64,000 nucleotides of DNA from NCBI RefSeq assembly GCF_030028105.1, contig NC_092383.1, positions 86,385,921 to 86,449,920 of the forward strand. Reading direction: 5' to 3'. How positions within the stretch are numbered: the stretch's first letter is position 1; each line of letters opens with the position of its first letter. The stretch is from Mobula birostris (Eukaryota). Under the pieces are notes generated by a model, which saw only the letters and a list, made by a program, of their open reading frames with translations, did no database searches and was not told the DNA's origin. The position numbers and the translations under genes are program-made. Of this stretch, positions 37,336 to 49,232 are shown piece after piece.

Positions 37336-38689
37336 TAACTGTGGGTCAATATCCTGATGAGAACAAGTGCAGAGATACAAAACATCTTCAGCAAAGTATT
37401 TTTGTTTCAGCAGCTAGATCACTGAACAACAATAACAATTTGGTGAAGAAAAGTGAAAAGGTCATTTAACCATCGTGTTTAAACTGGATCCCAATCCTGT
37501 GCATACCTCTAAATACAATGGTGGGATTGTAAAACATTTTCCATTCGGTTGTTGAGAAGTCATACAAAAAGAGCAGCTTCATGAGGTATTGGTCAGACTG
37601 CATGTGGAAGATGGTGAACAGTTTTTGGCCCCTTATCTTTGAAAGGATGTGCTGTATTTGGAGCGGATCCAGAGGACGTTCCCGAGAACAATACCAGGCA
37701 TGAAAGGGTAAATATGTGAGGAGTGCTTGATGTCTTGGGGTCTGTACTCGCTGGAGTTTAGAAGAATTGGGGAAGGGTTCTCAATGAAACCTCTTGAATA
37801 GTGAAGGGCCTAGACCTGGGTTGGTGTCTATGTGGAGAGGAAGTTTCCTCTGGTAGAAGGGTCCCTGACCAAAAGGTACTGATTCTGTGGAATTTATTAT
37901 CACAGATGGCTGAGGAGGCTAAGCCCTTGGACATATTTAAAGCAGAGGTTGATAGGTTTTTGTTTAGTAAGGGTGTCAAAAGGTACTGGGAGAATAGGGT
38001 TGAGGTGAACAATAAATGAGCCATTATAGAATGGTGATACAGTCTCAATGGGCTGAATGGCCTTCTGCCACTATGTGTCATCGTCTTATGATCTGAAGTG
38101 ATAGGGCAATGCAGGGAAAGGTTGCAACAGTTAGTTTACGTGAGGCATCCATTGATACTTAACTATATTCTATTTTTACAGAATAAGACAAGTAAAGAAT
38201 ACGGAAGTCCGAACACAGACTCAGGGCAGTAATTGTTGCCAAAAGTGCATCTACGAAGTACTGACTTGAAGGGGGTGAATACTTATGCAATTAATTATTT
38301 TGCATTTTATATTTCAAATAATTTACATCACTATGTAGAGATCTGTTTTCATATGCAGAAGTGTCCATAAATCAGGGCTTCATCACCTGGGACTGAACTG
38401 TATTGTCTTTGTCTTACACCTCATTCCTCTGAGCAGATCTGCTTTCTAAACTGACAGTGTTCCATTATTTATCCAGATCTGAGGAGGGGTCCCTGACCTG
38501 AAACTGGGTTCAATGGACCAAAACGTTCAGTGCTAATTCCTTTACAGAGATGCTGCCTGATCTGTTGAGTTCCTTCAACACTTGTGTGTGTTCAATCAGT
38601 ATACAGGAGGACGTTTGAAAATCTGGTTGTATAGTGTCACAACAACTATCTCTCATTTAACATCATCAAAACCAAAGTGCTGATTATTG

Positions 38690-39480
38690 ACCACAGTATG
38701 AGGTATCCAGAAGTCCACGAACCAGTATTCAGCAGGAAATCAAAGGTGGAAAGAGTCAGTAACTTTAAATTCCTTGGCATTATCATTTTAGAGGATCTGT
38801 CCTGGGTCCAGCACAAAGAAAGCTGACAGCGCATTATTTACTTAAAAATTTGCAAAGATCAAACTGTCATCTAAAACTTTGACAAAGTTCTATAGATCCA
38901 CAGTGGAGCATATTCTTACTGGTTGCATCATGGCATGGTATGAAAACACCAATGTCCTTGAATGGATAAACCTATAAAAGGTAGTGGATAAAGTCCAGTT
39001 GATCACAGATAAACCCCTCCTCACTGTGGAGCACATTGTCACACTAAAAACAGCATCTATCATCAACTAGGCCATGCTCTCTTCTTCCTGTTGCCGTCAG
39101 GAAGCAGGTACAGGAGCCTCATGTCCCACACCAGCAGGTTCAGGAACAGATATTACCCCTTAATCATGGGGCTTCTGAACCAGAGTGGATAATTTCACCT
39201 ATCACTGAACTGATTTCTCAACCTATGGACTCACTTTCAAGGATTCTACAATTCATGTTCTCAAATATTATTTAGAACTTATTTACCTATTACTATGATT
39301 ATTATTTTGTTTTTCTTTTAGTATTTCCATTTTTTTTTACTCATTGGTTATTTGTCTTTGTGTGTAGTTTCCACTGATCCTATTGTGTTTCTTTGTATTT
39401 ACGGTGAATGCCTGAAAGTAAATGAAATAGTATATGGTGACATATACAGTATGTCCTTCAATAATAAATTGAAGTTTCTT
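38690..39480 (+). mobile_element. Rex1/Babar 3' fragment and tail, decayed
   Basis: FKFLGIII..LSW pattern, gcattcttactggttgcatc, typical atgaa..gtatatggtgacat tail. Confidence 0.7.
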
Positions 39481-40424
39481 TTCTGACAATTATGCAATCA
39501 TTTGATCAGAATAAAATAAAAGTTAATTGAAATTGGGTATATTTCCAGTCAATATTCAGGGGTATTAAAGACGAATGAACAATGGAATTAGAAGTTGGGT
39601 GTTGAACAAAATGAGTGATTGCCTTGTTGCAGCTTGCAATGGTCAACGGGGTGTGAATCTGCAAATAGAAGTTGCTACTTTTCTCAGAGTTGACATGTAA
39701 CTGTAACCCGTCGATGTACAATTCGCCTCGGAGCTGCTACATGAAGGGAGCTGTTTGCAGATGTAAAGATCATCACTCATGATAACAAAACGCAAAATAT
39801 TAGAAGATTCTTTGTAATCAGATAACGATGTGGTATAGCACAAGTTTTTTTCACACAGTGGATGAGAAAGAGAATAAGTAAGGCAAAAGGCCAGCATTAC
39901 ATTGAAAACTGCAGCAGGTCACTCTTATGCAGCGAGTTTCAACCTGGAATAAAACTGCAACCTACAATCCAATTTTGAGCTTATTATAGTTGTATATCTT
40001 TCACCTTTGATTGAGATGATGTCAGTTTCTTTGATTAATATGACAGAGGATTCACATATTAAGGTATCAAGTTTCAGTAACTGACAGACTATAGTTTCAA
40101 GATCAGGCACCTGAATCAGCATGGATAACTTCACTCACTCAACACTGAACTGATCATGACACAGAAACCTAAGGGCTCACTTTCAAGGACTCCATAACTC
40201 GTGTTCTCAGTATTTATTTATTTGGAGATTCAGCACAGAACAGGCTCTTTAGGCCCAATGAGCCACACTGCCCAGTAACCCACCGATTTAACCCAGCCTA
40301 ATCCCAGCACAGTCTTCACTAATTCATTTGACACAAGAAGATGGATTTCACTGTATGCTTCGAAGTTTTGATGTAAATTTGATGAATATAAAGCTAATTT
40401 TTAAAAATAAAACAGAATATACAT

Positions 40425-40625
40425 GCAATATTTCCTTCCCGACCCTGTAGCCCATTGGTTTCTACTGAAACTGAATATTGGTGACCAATATTCCATGGCA
40501 CCAATACATTGTGTGTGACTGATTTACTGTTGCATAGGGGCAATCATTTATGATCACCTTTCCTACAACTCCTCTTACCCCATCTCTCCATCTCCACAAT
40601 CCATCTCTCTCTAACCAAAAGCAAA
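40425..40625 (-). pseudogene. V exon remnant V5 (frameshifted, 3'-truncated)
   Basis: RGVVGKVIINDCPYATVNQSHTMYWCHG, then a frameshift to SVSVETNG; acceptor ttcaatttcag retained. Confidence 0.8.
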
Positions 40626-42094
40626 CTGAAATTGAAAGCAAAATTCTTGAGGATCTGAAGAGAATTCAGAATTGAAGCGAATGAGGGTGAGAGACAACAT
40701 GATAGAGATGTATAAGATGATCAGAGGCAGAGATCAAGCGGAGATCCAGAGAATATCTCAGGGCAGAAATGGCCAATGTGTGGGGGAATAATTTCAAGGT
40801 GATTGGAGGAAAGGATTGAGAGGGTGTCCGAGGCATGTTCTTTACACAGAGTGGTGGGAGCATAAAAAGCCTTACCAGGAGTGGTGGTAGAGGCAGATAC
40901 ACTTAAAAAACTCTTAGATAGGCTTATGGATTATAGGAGAGCTTTAGAAGGGATGGATTAGATTGATCTTATAGTAACACACAAATGCCAGAGAAACTTA
41001 GCAGGCCAGGCAGCACCTATAGAAACAGGTACTGTCCACGTTTCGGGCTCAGACCCTTCAGCGTCTACTCCCCAATTTTCAGGAACAGTAATTACCCTTT
41101 CATCATCATACTCCTGAACCGATGTGGATAACTTCACTCACTTGAACTATGAACTGATTCCACAACACATGGAATCAGTCTCACTTTCAAGGATTCTGCA
41201 GCTCATACTCTCAGTATAAAAATAATGTATTAAAATATGTGTATTTTTATCTGCACTATTTGTCTTCTTTTGCACCTTGGTTGTTTGTCTGACTTCATTT
41301 ATGTAGGTTTACACAAATTCTATCACATTGCTTTATTTTTCTCTAAACGCCTGAAAGAAAATGAATCTCACTGTAGTATATGCTGACATGCATGTACTTT
41401 GATAATAAATTTACTTTGACTTTGACTAGTGCAGCACTTTGTCAAAAGGCTTTTGAAAATCCAAGTAAACAACATCCACTGATGGACAAAGTCTCGTTCC
41501 TCTATGCAGCCTGTTAATTCTTTAAGGAGTTCTAACAAATTTGGCAGGGTAGATTTCTCCTTAAGCAGATTATGCTGACTTCAGCCTATCTTACCATATA
41601 CCTCCAAGTACTCTGAAACCTCATCCTTAATAACAGATTCTAACATCTTAGCAAACACTGAAGTCGGACTAATTGTCCTATAACATCCTGCCTTTTGTCT
41701 CCCTCCCTTCTTAAAGAAATGAGTGACATTTGTAGTTTTCCATTCCTCTGGAACCATACTTGAAAGATTATTACTCATGCCTCTACAATCTCTTCAGTTA
41801 GCTCCTTCAGAACCATGGGGTGCAGTCCAAGTAACTGATCCTATTTCACAATGTCCTCTCTCCTATTTACACCATCTTCCCTCTCCACTCAGGTTCAATG
41901 CAGAGTCTCAACCCAAACCACCAACAATTCCCTTCCCCCAGACAGATGCTGCTTGGCCTGCTGAGTTCCTCCAGGAGATTTCTCTGAACTCCAGTTTCTG
42001 ACATCTTTAGTGTCTACACGTATTCAAGCCCTGTTCTGGAAACAATGCAAACCAAAACTGATTATAAAAATACCCCATGCTGGTTGTCACTCAC

Positions 42095-42131
42095 TGGGTA
42101 GGAAACTAATCAGAAGAATCGAAATCCACAT
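42095..42131 (-). CDS. Signal-peptide exon (MWISILLISFLP), paired with pseudo V5
   Basis: 37 nt, ATG start, A|GTGAGT donor; homologous to 33091-33130. Confidence 0.75.
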
Positions 42132-42199
42132 TGTTTTACTCACTGAGACCCTGTCAGCACTTGTCTGTTCACAGAGTGAAATTGCTGTTGAATAAAATT

Positions 42200-42240
42200 A
42201 AGGAAGAATAGGGCAGGAAGTCCAATCGCGAAACCACAGT
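42200..42240 (-). promoter_or_regulatory. Twin ETS cores plus RUNX motif upstream of a leader exon
   Basis: aGGAAga, caGGAAGT, and AACCACA at 42232-42238. Confidence 0.5.
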
Positions 42241-43279
42241 GAGCTAACTTAGGCTGATATGTGAACATATGAAAAGCAACACACACAAAATTCTGGAGGA
42301 ACTCAGTAAGTCAGGAAGCGTCTATGTAAATGAACATACAGTCGATATTTTGGGCCGGGATCCTTTATCAGGTCTGAAAAAGAAAGGGGAAGACACCAGA
42401 ATGAAAGGATGGGGTGAGGGGATGCAGGCTAGCTGGAAAGTGATTGGTGAAGCCAAGTGGGTGGGTGGGTAAGGTAAAGGGCTGGAGAGGAAGGAATCTC
42501 GTAGGAGAGGACCGTGGAACATAGGAGAAAGGGAAGGAGAAGGGGACCCAGGGGGAAGTGATAGGAAGGTGGGATGAGGTAAAAGGCCAGAATATCAAAA
42601 GCTCTTAATTATATTTGTCAAAATTAAAGACAATTCCCAATAACAGATAGAAATAATGAGAAAAGTCGAATTGTTAGACGCCAGCGACAGCAGATGTTAT
42701 AATCTGCAGCAAAAATAAATTGCTGGAGGAGTCATGATGCAGCAGCTTAATCTGCAATGTTGACCATTCTGCCGGACATTAAAAGTGACAGGTGCGTAAA
42801 AAGGACCCGAAGGATTATTGGCAAACCAAGTTACCCCGACCACAAACTGTTCCAGCTGCTACGATCCGGGAAACAGTATCGCAGCATAAAAGCCAGGACC
42901 AACAGGCTCCGGGACAGCTTCTTCCACCAGACCATCAGACTGATTAATTCACACTGACACAATTGTATTTCTAAGCTATATTGACTGTTCTGTTTTATAT
43001 CTTACTGTTCATACTCTTTATTACAAATTACTGTAATTTGCACATTGTACATTCAGATGGAGATGTAACGTAAAGATTTTCACTCCTTATGTGATGGATG
43101 TAAGAAGTAAAGTGAATTCAATTCAATTCAATCTGCAGATGCTATCTGACTCCCTAAGTTCCTCCAGAAGCTTTTTCTCTTGCTTGAGTTAAAAGGTTAT
43201 CCATGATGAGTCATCAAGTAAAGGGTTGATGACAAAAAGTTAACTGAGGAAGGAAAAGGAATGAGAGGAAGAGAAAAAA

Positions 43280-43490
43280 CCATGGTCAAGACGTTCAGTT
43301 GTTCTTCAGAACAAACATCAGAATGGGAAGAAATGTGTTCTAAGTGACTTTATTGTGGAATGGTTGTAGGTGCCAGATGGAGTAGTTTGAGTATCTCAGA
43401 AACTGATGATCTCCTGGGATTTGCACACACTACAGTCTCTAAAGTTCACAGAGGATGGTGCAAAAAATTGAAAAAAGGAAATCTTGTGAG
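43280..43490 (+). mobile_element. Tc1-like remnant (left part) abutting a truncated C2 exon
   Basis: ttcagttgttcttcagaacaaacatcagaatggga..gagtatctcagaaactg..cagtctctaaagtt. Confidence 0.7.
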
Positions 43491-43494
43491 TAGT

Positions 43495-43735
43495 GGTTCA
43501 GTGCCAATTCCAGGCACTGCAGTAATATTGATGGTACTTGCATTGAAGGATTGACAACATCGAGCCACTTCATTGGTGCCTGATACCGTTGGATACCCAG
43601 ATGAGGTTATTTCATACCATGTGTACTGAATGGGAAAGGATCCCTGCAAGGACTCACAGGAAACTGACACTGAGTCCCTGAGACGTGAAACATTTGCTGT
43701 TGACAGATATCGAAGCACAGGAGAAGACACAGGTT
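43495..43735 (-). pseudogene. C2-type Ig exon, 5' three-quarters, frameshifted
   Basis: ttccacag|AACCTGTG acceptor; EPVSSPVL..VSCESLQGSFPIQYTWYE..; frameshift before YYCSA; donor lost. Confidence 0.85.
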
Positions 43736-43794
43736 CTGTGGAAAGGAATTCAACAATCAGACACTAAATGAACATATGAAATCAAAAACTCCTC

Positions 43795-45205
43795 TACCAC
43801 TTTATTAGGTACACCTGTTCACCTGTTTGTAAATGCAAATATCTAATTAGCCAATCATGTGGCAGCATACTTACACACCTGGAGAAGAGGGATGCTGATG
43901 TGAGAATACTGTTCTTGGACCACAGTTCAGCATTCAACACCATAATTCCCTCCAGGCTTGACAAGATACTCAGAGACCTCAGCCTTCACCCTGCCTTGTG
44001 CAGCTGGATCCTGGACTTCCTGTCAGTTCACCGGCAGGTGGTAAAAGGGGGGTTCCCTCATCTCTGCCCCTCTGACCCTCAACACAGGAGCCCCTCAGGG
44101 CTGTGTCCTAAGCGTCCTCCTTTACTCTCTGTATACTCATGACTGTGTTGTCACCTACATGTCCAATCTGCTAATTGTATTTGCAGATGATACTATATTG
44201 ATTGGCCTTATCTCAAATAATAACAAGACAGCCTACAGGGAAGTCATCACCCTGACACTGTGGTGTCAAGAAAACAACCTCTCCCTCAATGTCGCAAAAA
44301 CAAAGGAGCTGGTTGTGGATGACAGGAGGAATGGACACAGGCTAACCACTATTGACATCAATGGATCTGAGGTTGAGAAGGTAAACAGCATCAAGTTCCT
44401 TGGCATACACATCACCAAGGATCTCAAGTGGTCTGTACATACTGGCTGTGTGGCGTAAAAAGCACAACAGCACCTCTTTCACCTCAGATGGTTGAAGAAG
44501 TTTGGCATGGGTCCCCAAATCCTCAGGACTTTCTACAGGGACACAATTGAGAGCATTCTGACTGGCTGCATCACTACCTGGTATGGGAACTGTACCTCCC
44601 TCAATCACAGGACTCTGCAGAGAGTGGTGTGGACAGCCCAGCACATCTGTGGATGTGAACTTCCCAATATCCAGGATATTTACAGTGATAGGTGCATAAA
44701 AAAGGCCTGTAGGATCATTAGGGACCCAAGTCACCCTAACCACAAACTGTTCTGGGACAGCTTCTTCCATCAGGCCATCAGACAGATTAATTCGTGCTGA
44801 TACAATTGTATGTCTATGCTACATTGACTGTCCTGTTGTACATACTATTTATTACAAATGACTATAAATTGCACTTTGCAGATTCAGACAGAGATGTAGT
44901 GTAATAATATTTACTCCTCATGTATGTGAAGGATGTAAGAAATATAGTCAATTCAATTCAACACAGTCCATAAAAGCATGCAGACATGGTCCAGAGATTC
45001 AGTTGTTGTTCAGGTCAAACATCAGAATGTGGAAGAAGTGTGATCAAAGTAACTTTACGCATGAAATGATTGTAAGCGGTTGTTTGAGTATCTCAGATAA
45101 TGCAGATCTCCTGGAATTTTCACACTGTCTCTAGAGTTGGTAGAGAATAGTGCAAAAAACAAAAAAAAAAACATCCATGGAGCAGCAATTCTATAAGCAT
45201 AAAAT
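43795..45205 (+). mobile_element. Tc1-like element split by a Rex1/Babar LINE (43873-44960)
   Basis: ccactttattaggtacacc end; the halves rejoin as tggcagca|acacagtccataaaagcatgcagac; the insert has [15 protein letters not shown] and FADDT motifs. Confidence 0.8.
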
Positions 45206-45495
45206 CTCGTATCAACACCTGTTGCTGTAATTCTACAGCCGTACCATCCTGTATCTCCCGTGTGAAGATCCTCCATAGTAACAGCAAATACTCCCCATTC
45301 CGGGTCATCTGTGATTGACACTCGGCTACTCCGTCCGTGTTGCCCATTTGTTTCCACTAAAACTGAACATTGTTGACTCTATCCATGGTACCAATACTTT
45401 GTGTGTGAGCGGTACGTTGCATCAGTGATAATCGATTGTGATCGCTCTTCCCACAACCCCTCTTACATCTTTCTCCTCACACAATGCACCTGAAA
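45205..45495 (-). pseudogene. V exon V6 (pseudo)
   Basis: Close to V4; first Cys changed to Tyr, 2-nt deletion and TGA/TAG stops; 3' end cut at the Tc1 remnant. Confidence 0.88.
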
Positions 45496-46549
45496 CTGAG
45501 GGAGGCATTTTCAGATTTGAGGGAAAGGAACAACTTCATGCAAACAAATATCTTTGAACACGAGTGTAAAAACAGGTCCAGGTCACGTCCAGAATGTGAA
45601 CCATGATGAGCAACCAATAATTCCGGTATGAAGTGCAGCCGAACGTACACAAATATAACAGCCGTTTCATTTAGGATGCTGCTCTAATTTCTGATGGAAA
45701 TCTTATATTTTGCATCTGTCAGGTATTTCTATGTGTAGTTGGAAGGTGGTGTAACAGTGGTCATTACCACTTCAGTGTCAAGAACTCCAAGCATGATTTC
45801 AATTTCCATAAGGATATATTCAGTGTTTAAATCCAATTTATTAATTATTTCTAGAATTTATAACCACATATCAATGATGGTAATAATCAACTACCAGATT
45901 TTCAAAATCCCATCTGGATCAGAAAAGCCTTTAGGGACAGAAATCTCTCATCCCTACCCACCCTGGCTTATCTTTGACTCCAGATCTAGTTGTATTCTTT
46001 ACTTAATTGCCCCAGTGAAATGGCCCAGGAAAGACACTGATATCAAGACAATGTCAGCGTGTTCCCTGCAGAGTGAAATCAGATTCCAGCAATGGTAGAC
46101 CTGATATTCCCACTGAACAGCCTCCAGGAGATTTCAGTAGCTGGATATATTCTCCCCCCACTTGGCTACACACTACTCCCTTTTTCCCTTTATCTGCTTC
46201 CACCTCTCAGCCATCTTCAAAATCCACCCCTTTTCCTCCCCATTCCATTTGCCTGTCATGCTTCACCCCTCCTCAGTCCCTGACCACCTAGTGGACCCAG
46301 ATTCACATCTCCCCCTCTCCTATTTACACTATCTTCCTCTCCACTCAGACTTGATGCAGAGACTCAGCCTAAACTGTCGACAGTTCTCTTCCCCCTAACA
46401 GATGCTGTTTGGCTCACTGACTTCCTCCGGAAGTTTGCTCTGAACTCCAGATTCAGTCATCTGTAGTGTCTGCACACATCAAGTTCTGTTCTGCAAATGG
46501 TGGACGACCTCCAAATCAATGCAAATGGCCAGTGCTTGCTGTCACTCAC

Positions 46550-46586
46550 CAGGTAGGAAACCAATCAGAGGAATTGAAGTCCACAT
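46550..46586 (-). CDS. Signal-peptide exon (MWTSIPLIGFLP), paired with pseudo V6
   Basis: 37 nt, G|GTGAGT donor; the intron downstream is homologous to 31745-33090. Confidence 0.75.
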
Positions 46587-46649
46587 TGCTTTATTCACAG
46601 AGACCCAGCCAGGACCTGTCTGTCCTCAGCAAGAAGTAACAGTGAAATA

Positions 46650-46695
46650 AAAATGAGGAAGATGGCAGCAGGAAGTTCAATAAGAGAACCACAAC
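46650..46695 (-). promoter_or_regulatory. Twin ETS cores plus RUNX motif upstream of a leader exon
   Basis: GAGGAAG, caGGAAGT, and AACCACA at 46687-46693. Confidence 0.5.
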
Positions 46696-48479
46696 AGGGG
46701 TATGGTATGTGACAATCTGAAAAGCTTTTAGCTATATTTAGCAAGACAGAAACATTTAAGCAATTCCCAAAAACTGAATGAAATGTTGAGAAGAGTTAAA
46801 ATGGTAGATACAAGAAACAGCAGTTGGTCTAATCTTCAGCAAAAACAAACTGCAGGAGATGTCCTGAAGCAGAGCGTTAATCTAAAAATGTTGCCTCTGT
46901 GGATCCCACCTCTCTCCCCACATTTCTCCAGAAATTTTATTTTTTTACTTGATTAAATATGTTAGGTGCATTGAGTTATTGGGGAAACTGCTGATGTTGA
47001 AAACTAAATGGTGGAAAAGGAAAAAGCCCAAGTTGAAGGTTGTCGTGATTGTGAGTTGAAGTTACGATCTGGGCTTCGTGTCTACGGGTTCCATGTGCTG
47101 ATTTGAGGCTGAGGGAGTGACCCTCCCCACTGCTCCAGTCTTTTCTTCTAAATGCTATTTGCTTCCTTTTGTTTTTGATTTGTTCTTTTCTCTCGCTGTA
47201 CATTGGGTGTTTGGAGGTCTTCTTTTATTTGTGGGTTATTTTGGGTTTCTTTGATTTGTGGCTGCCTGTAAGGAAGCTAACCTCAGGATTGTATAATGTA
47301 TGCATACAATGATGATAAATGTACATTGAACTATTGAATATTGAAAGGCCTAGATAGAATGGATGTGGAAGGGATGTTGCCTGTAGAAAAGGAGTCTAAG
47401 ACCAGAGGGTACAGCCTCAGAGTACAGGATGTTCCTTTAGAACAAAGTTGAAATTGAGAGTGATGAATCTGTGGAATTCACTGCCACAGATGGCTGCGGA
47501 GGCCAAGACACCAGGTGTATTTTGAGTGGAGATTGATAGTTTCTTGATTAGTAAGGACGTCAAAGGCTACGGGGAGAAGTCAGGATAATGAGATTGAGAG
47601 TAAAAATAAATCAAACATGATGAAATGGTGGAATAGACCCAAGGGGAAGATTGTCTTAGTTCTTCTCCTATGCCTTTTGATCTTATGGTCTTCTAATACA
47701 TTCACCAAACCTGTGAACTCTTCTACACCCCTCCAATATTTCCACATTCAGTATTTGCCATGATGATAATTCAATCAAATCTGTTTTGTGAACTTGCTGC
47801 CAAAAAGCAACAAACTAGGAAATAGGTGTGATGTAGAAAGGGCTTTTCATGCAAACTTAGCACACAGTACTTGGCTTAATTCACTCTCCTCTCTGAAGGC
47901 TGTGTCTTATCTTTGAAGAGACTTTAAAGCTCCACTCTTCTGAATTCTATTCCATCTGTTTGTGCAATTTCAATAGCTCTGATGGGATTTCACTTTGCTT
48001 CAGTTACCATCAGGAGCCATGTCAACATCAATATCTTCCAACCCAATGTCACGTCTTTCTGATGATTTGATTTCATTTTAATAAACAGAGCAATGCCACC
48101 CTTGTTGCCTTCTTGTCTGTTCTTTCGATACAATGTGCTCCAAGCTATAATTTTCTTTCAGCCATGATTCAGTGATGCCTACAACATCATACATGCCAAT
48201 CCATAACTTTGTGACAAGTTCCTCTACCTTATTCCGTATACTGCACATATTCAAATTTAACGGTGTATTCACCCTGTTCGATCTTGTCTGCCTTTTATGT
48301 TGAAACTCATCCTATTGACTGCTATTTTGCCCTGTCAGAATCAGAATCAGGTTTATTGTCATCGGCACTTGTTAACTTAGCAGCAGCAGTTCAATGCAAT
48401 ATATAATTTAGCAGAGAAAATAATAATAATAAATAAACAAGTAAATCAATTACAGTATACATATATTTAATAATTTTTT

Positions 48480-48935
48480 TAAAAAGCGTGGAAAATCAGA
48501 AATACTGTATATTTAAAAAAAGTGAGGTAGTGTCCAAAGATTCAATGTCAATTTAGGAATCAGATGGCAGAGGGGAAGAAACTGTTCCTGAATCGCTGAG
48601 TGTGTCTCTTCAGGCTTCTGTATCTCCTACCTGATGGTGACAGTGAGAAAAGGGCATGCCCTGGATGCTGGAGGTCATTAATAATTGATGCTGCCTTTCC
48701 ATGACACTGCTCTCTGAAGATGTCCTGGGTACTTTGAAGACTAGTACCCAAGATAGAGCTGACTAGATTTACAACCTTCTGCTGCTTCTTCTGGTCCTGT
48801 GCAGTAGCCCCTCCATACAAGACAGTGATGCAACCTGTCAGAATGCTCTCCATGGTACAACTATAGATATTTTTGAGTGTATTTGTTGACATACCATATC
48901 TCTTCGATCTCCTAATTATGTACAGCCGCTGTCTT
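48480..48935 (-). mobile_element. Rex1/Babar 3' fragment
   Basis: MESILTGCITVLYG..GRRYRSLK..RFRNSFFP; similar minus copies at about 50.4-50.8 and 55.3-55.8 kb. Confidence 0.8.
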
Positions 48936-49094
48936 GCCTTCTTTATAACTACAACAGCCTCGCCTCACCACACATTGGGTATTTGTAAATGATACCTTGT
49001 ATAATATGAGAGCTGACTCTATTGTATCAGTTATTGCTGTCAGTTGTGTAGTGTTCACCCTCAGTGAAGGATGTGGTTAGAACGTCTGTCTTCT

Positions 49095-49232
49095 TTACTT
49101 GCCATAGCAAACAGAATATGGAGAAGTACGAACAGCTGTTGGTACTTCTCTATAGATGACAGATGTTCTGGTCTCCTCCTGTATTGCCCCATCACTTCTT
49201 GGAAAACATCTCAACAACCATGGTGCAACATG
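49095..49232 (-). CDS. Candidate orphan cytoplasmic terminal exon with an ITIM-like VIYREV
   Basis: tttctctgcacttgttcacatcag acceptor; phase-0 open frame HVAPWLLRCFPRSDGAIQEETRTSVIYREVPTAVRTSPYSVCYGK*; no partner TM exon found upstream in the window. Confidence 0.3.
   Translation of the reverse strand, partial: HVAPWLLRCFPRSDGAIQEETRTSVIYREVPTAVRTSPYSVCYGK

Noticed and set aside
22401-45495. V exons as rearranging Ig/TCR V gene segments
   Set aside because: Each complete V ends in a GTAGGT splice donor after a full G strand, with no adjacent CACAGTG heptamer/nonamer. The four-Cys pattern is CD300/pIgR-like.
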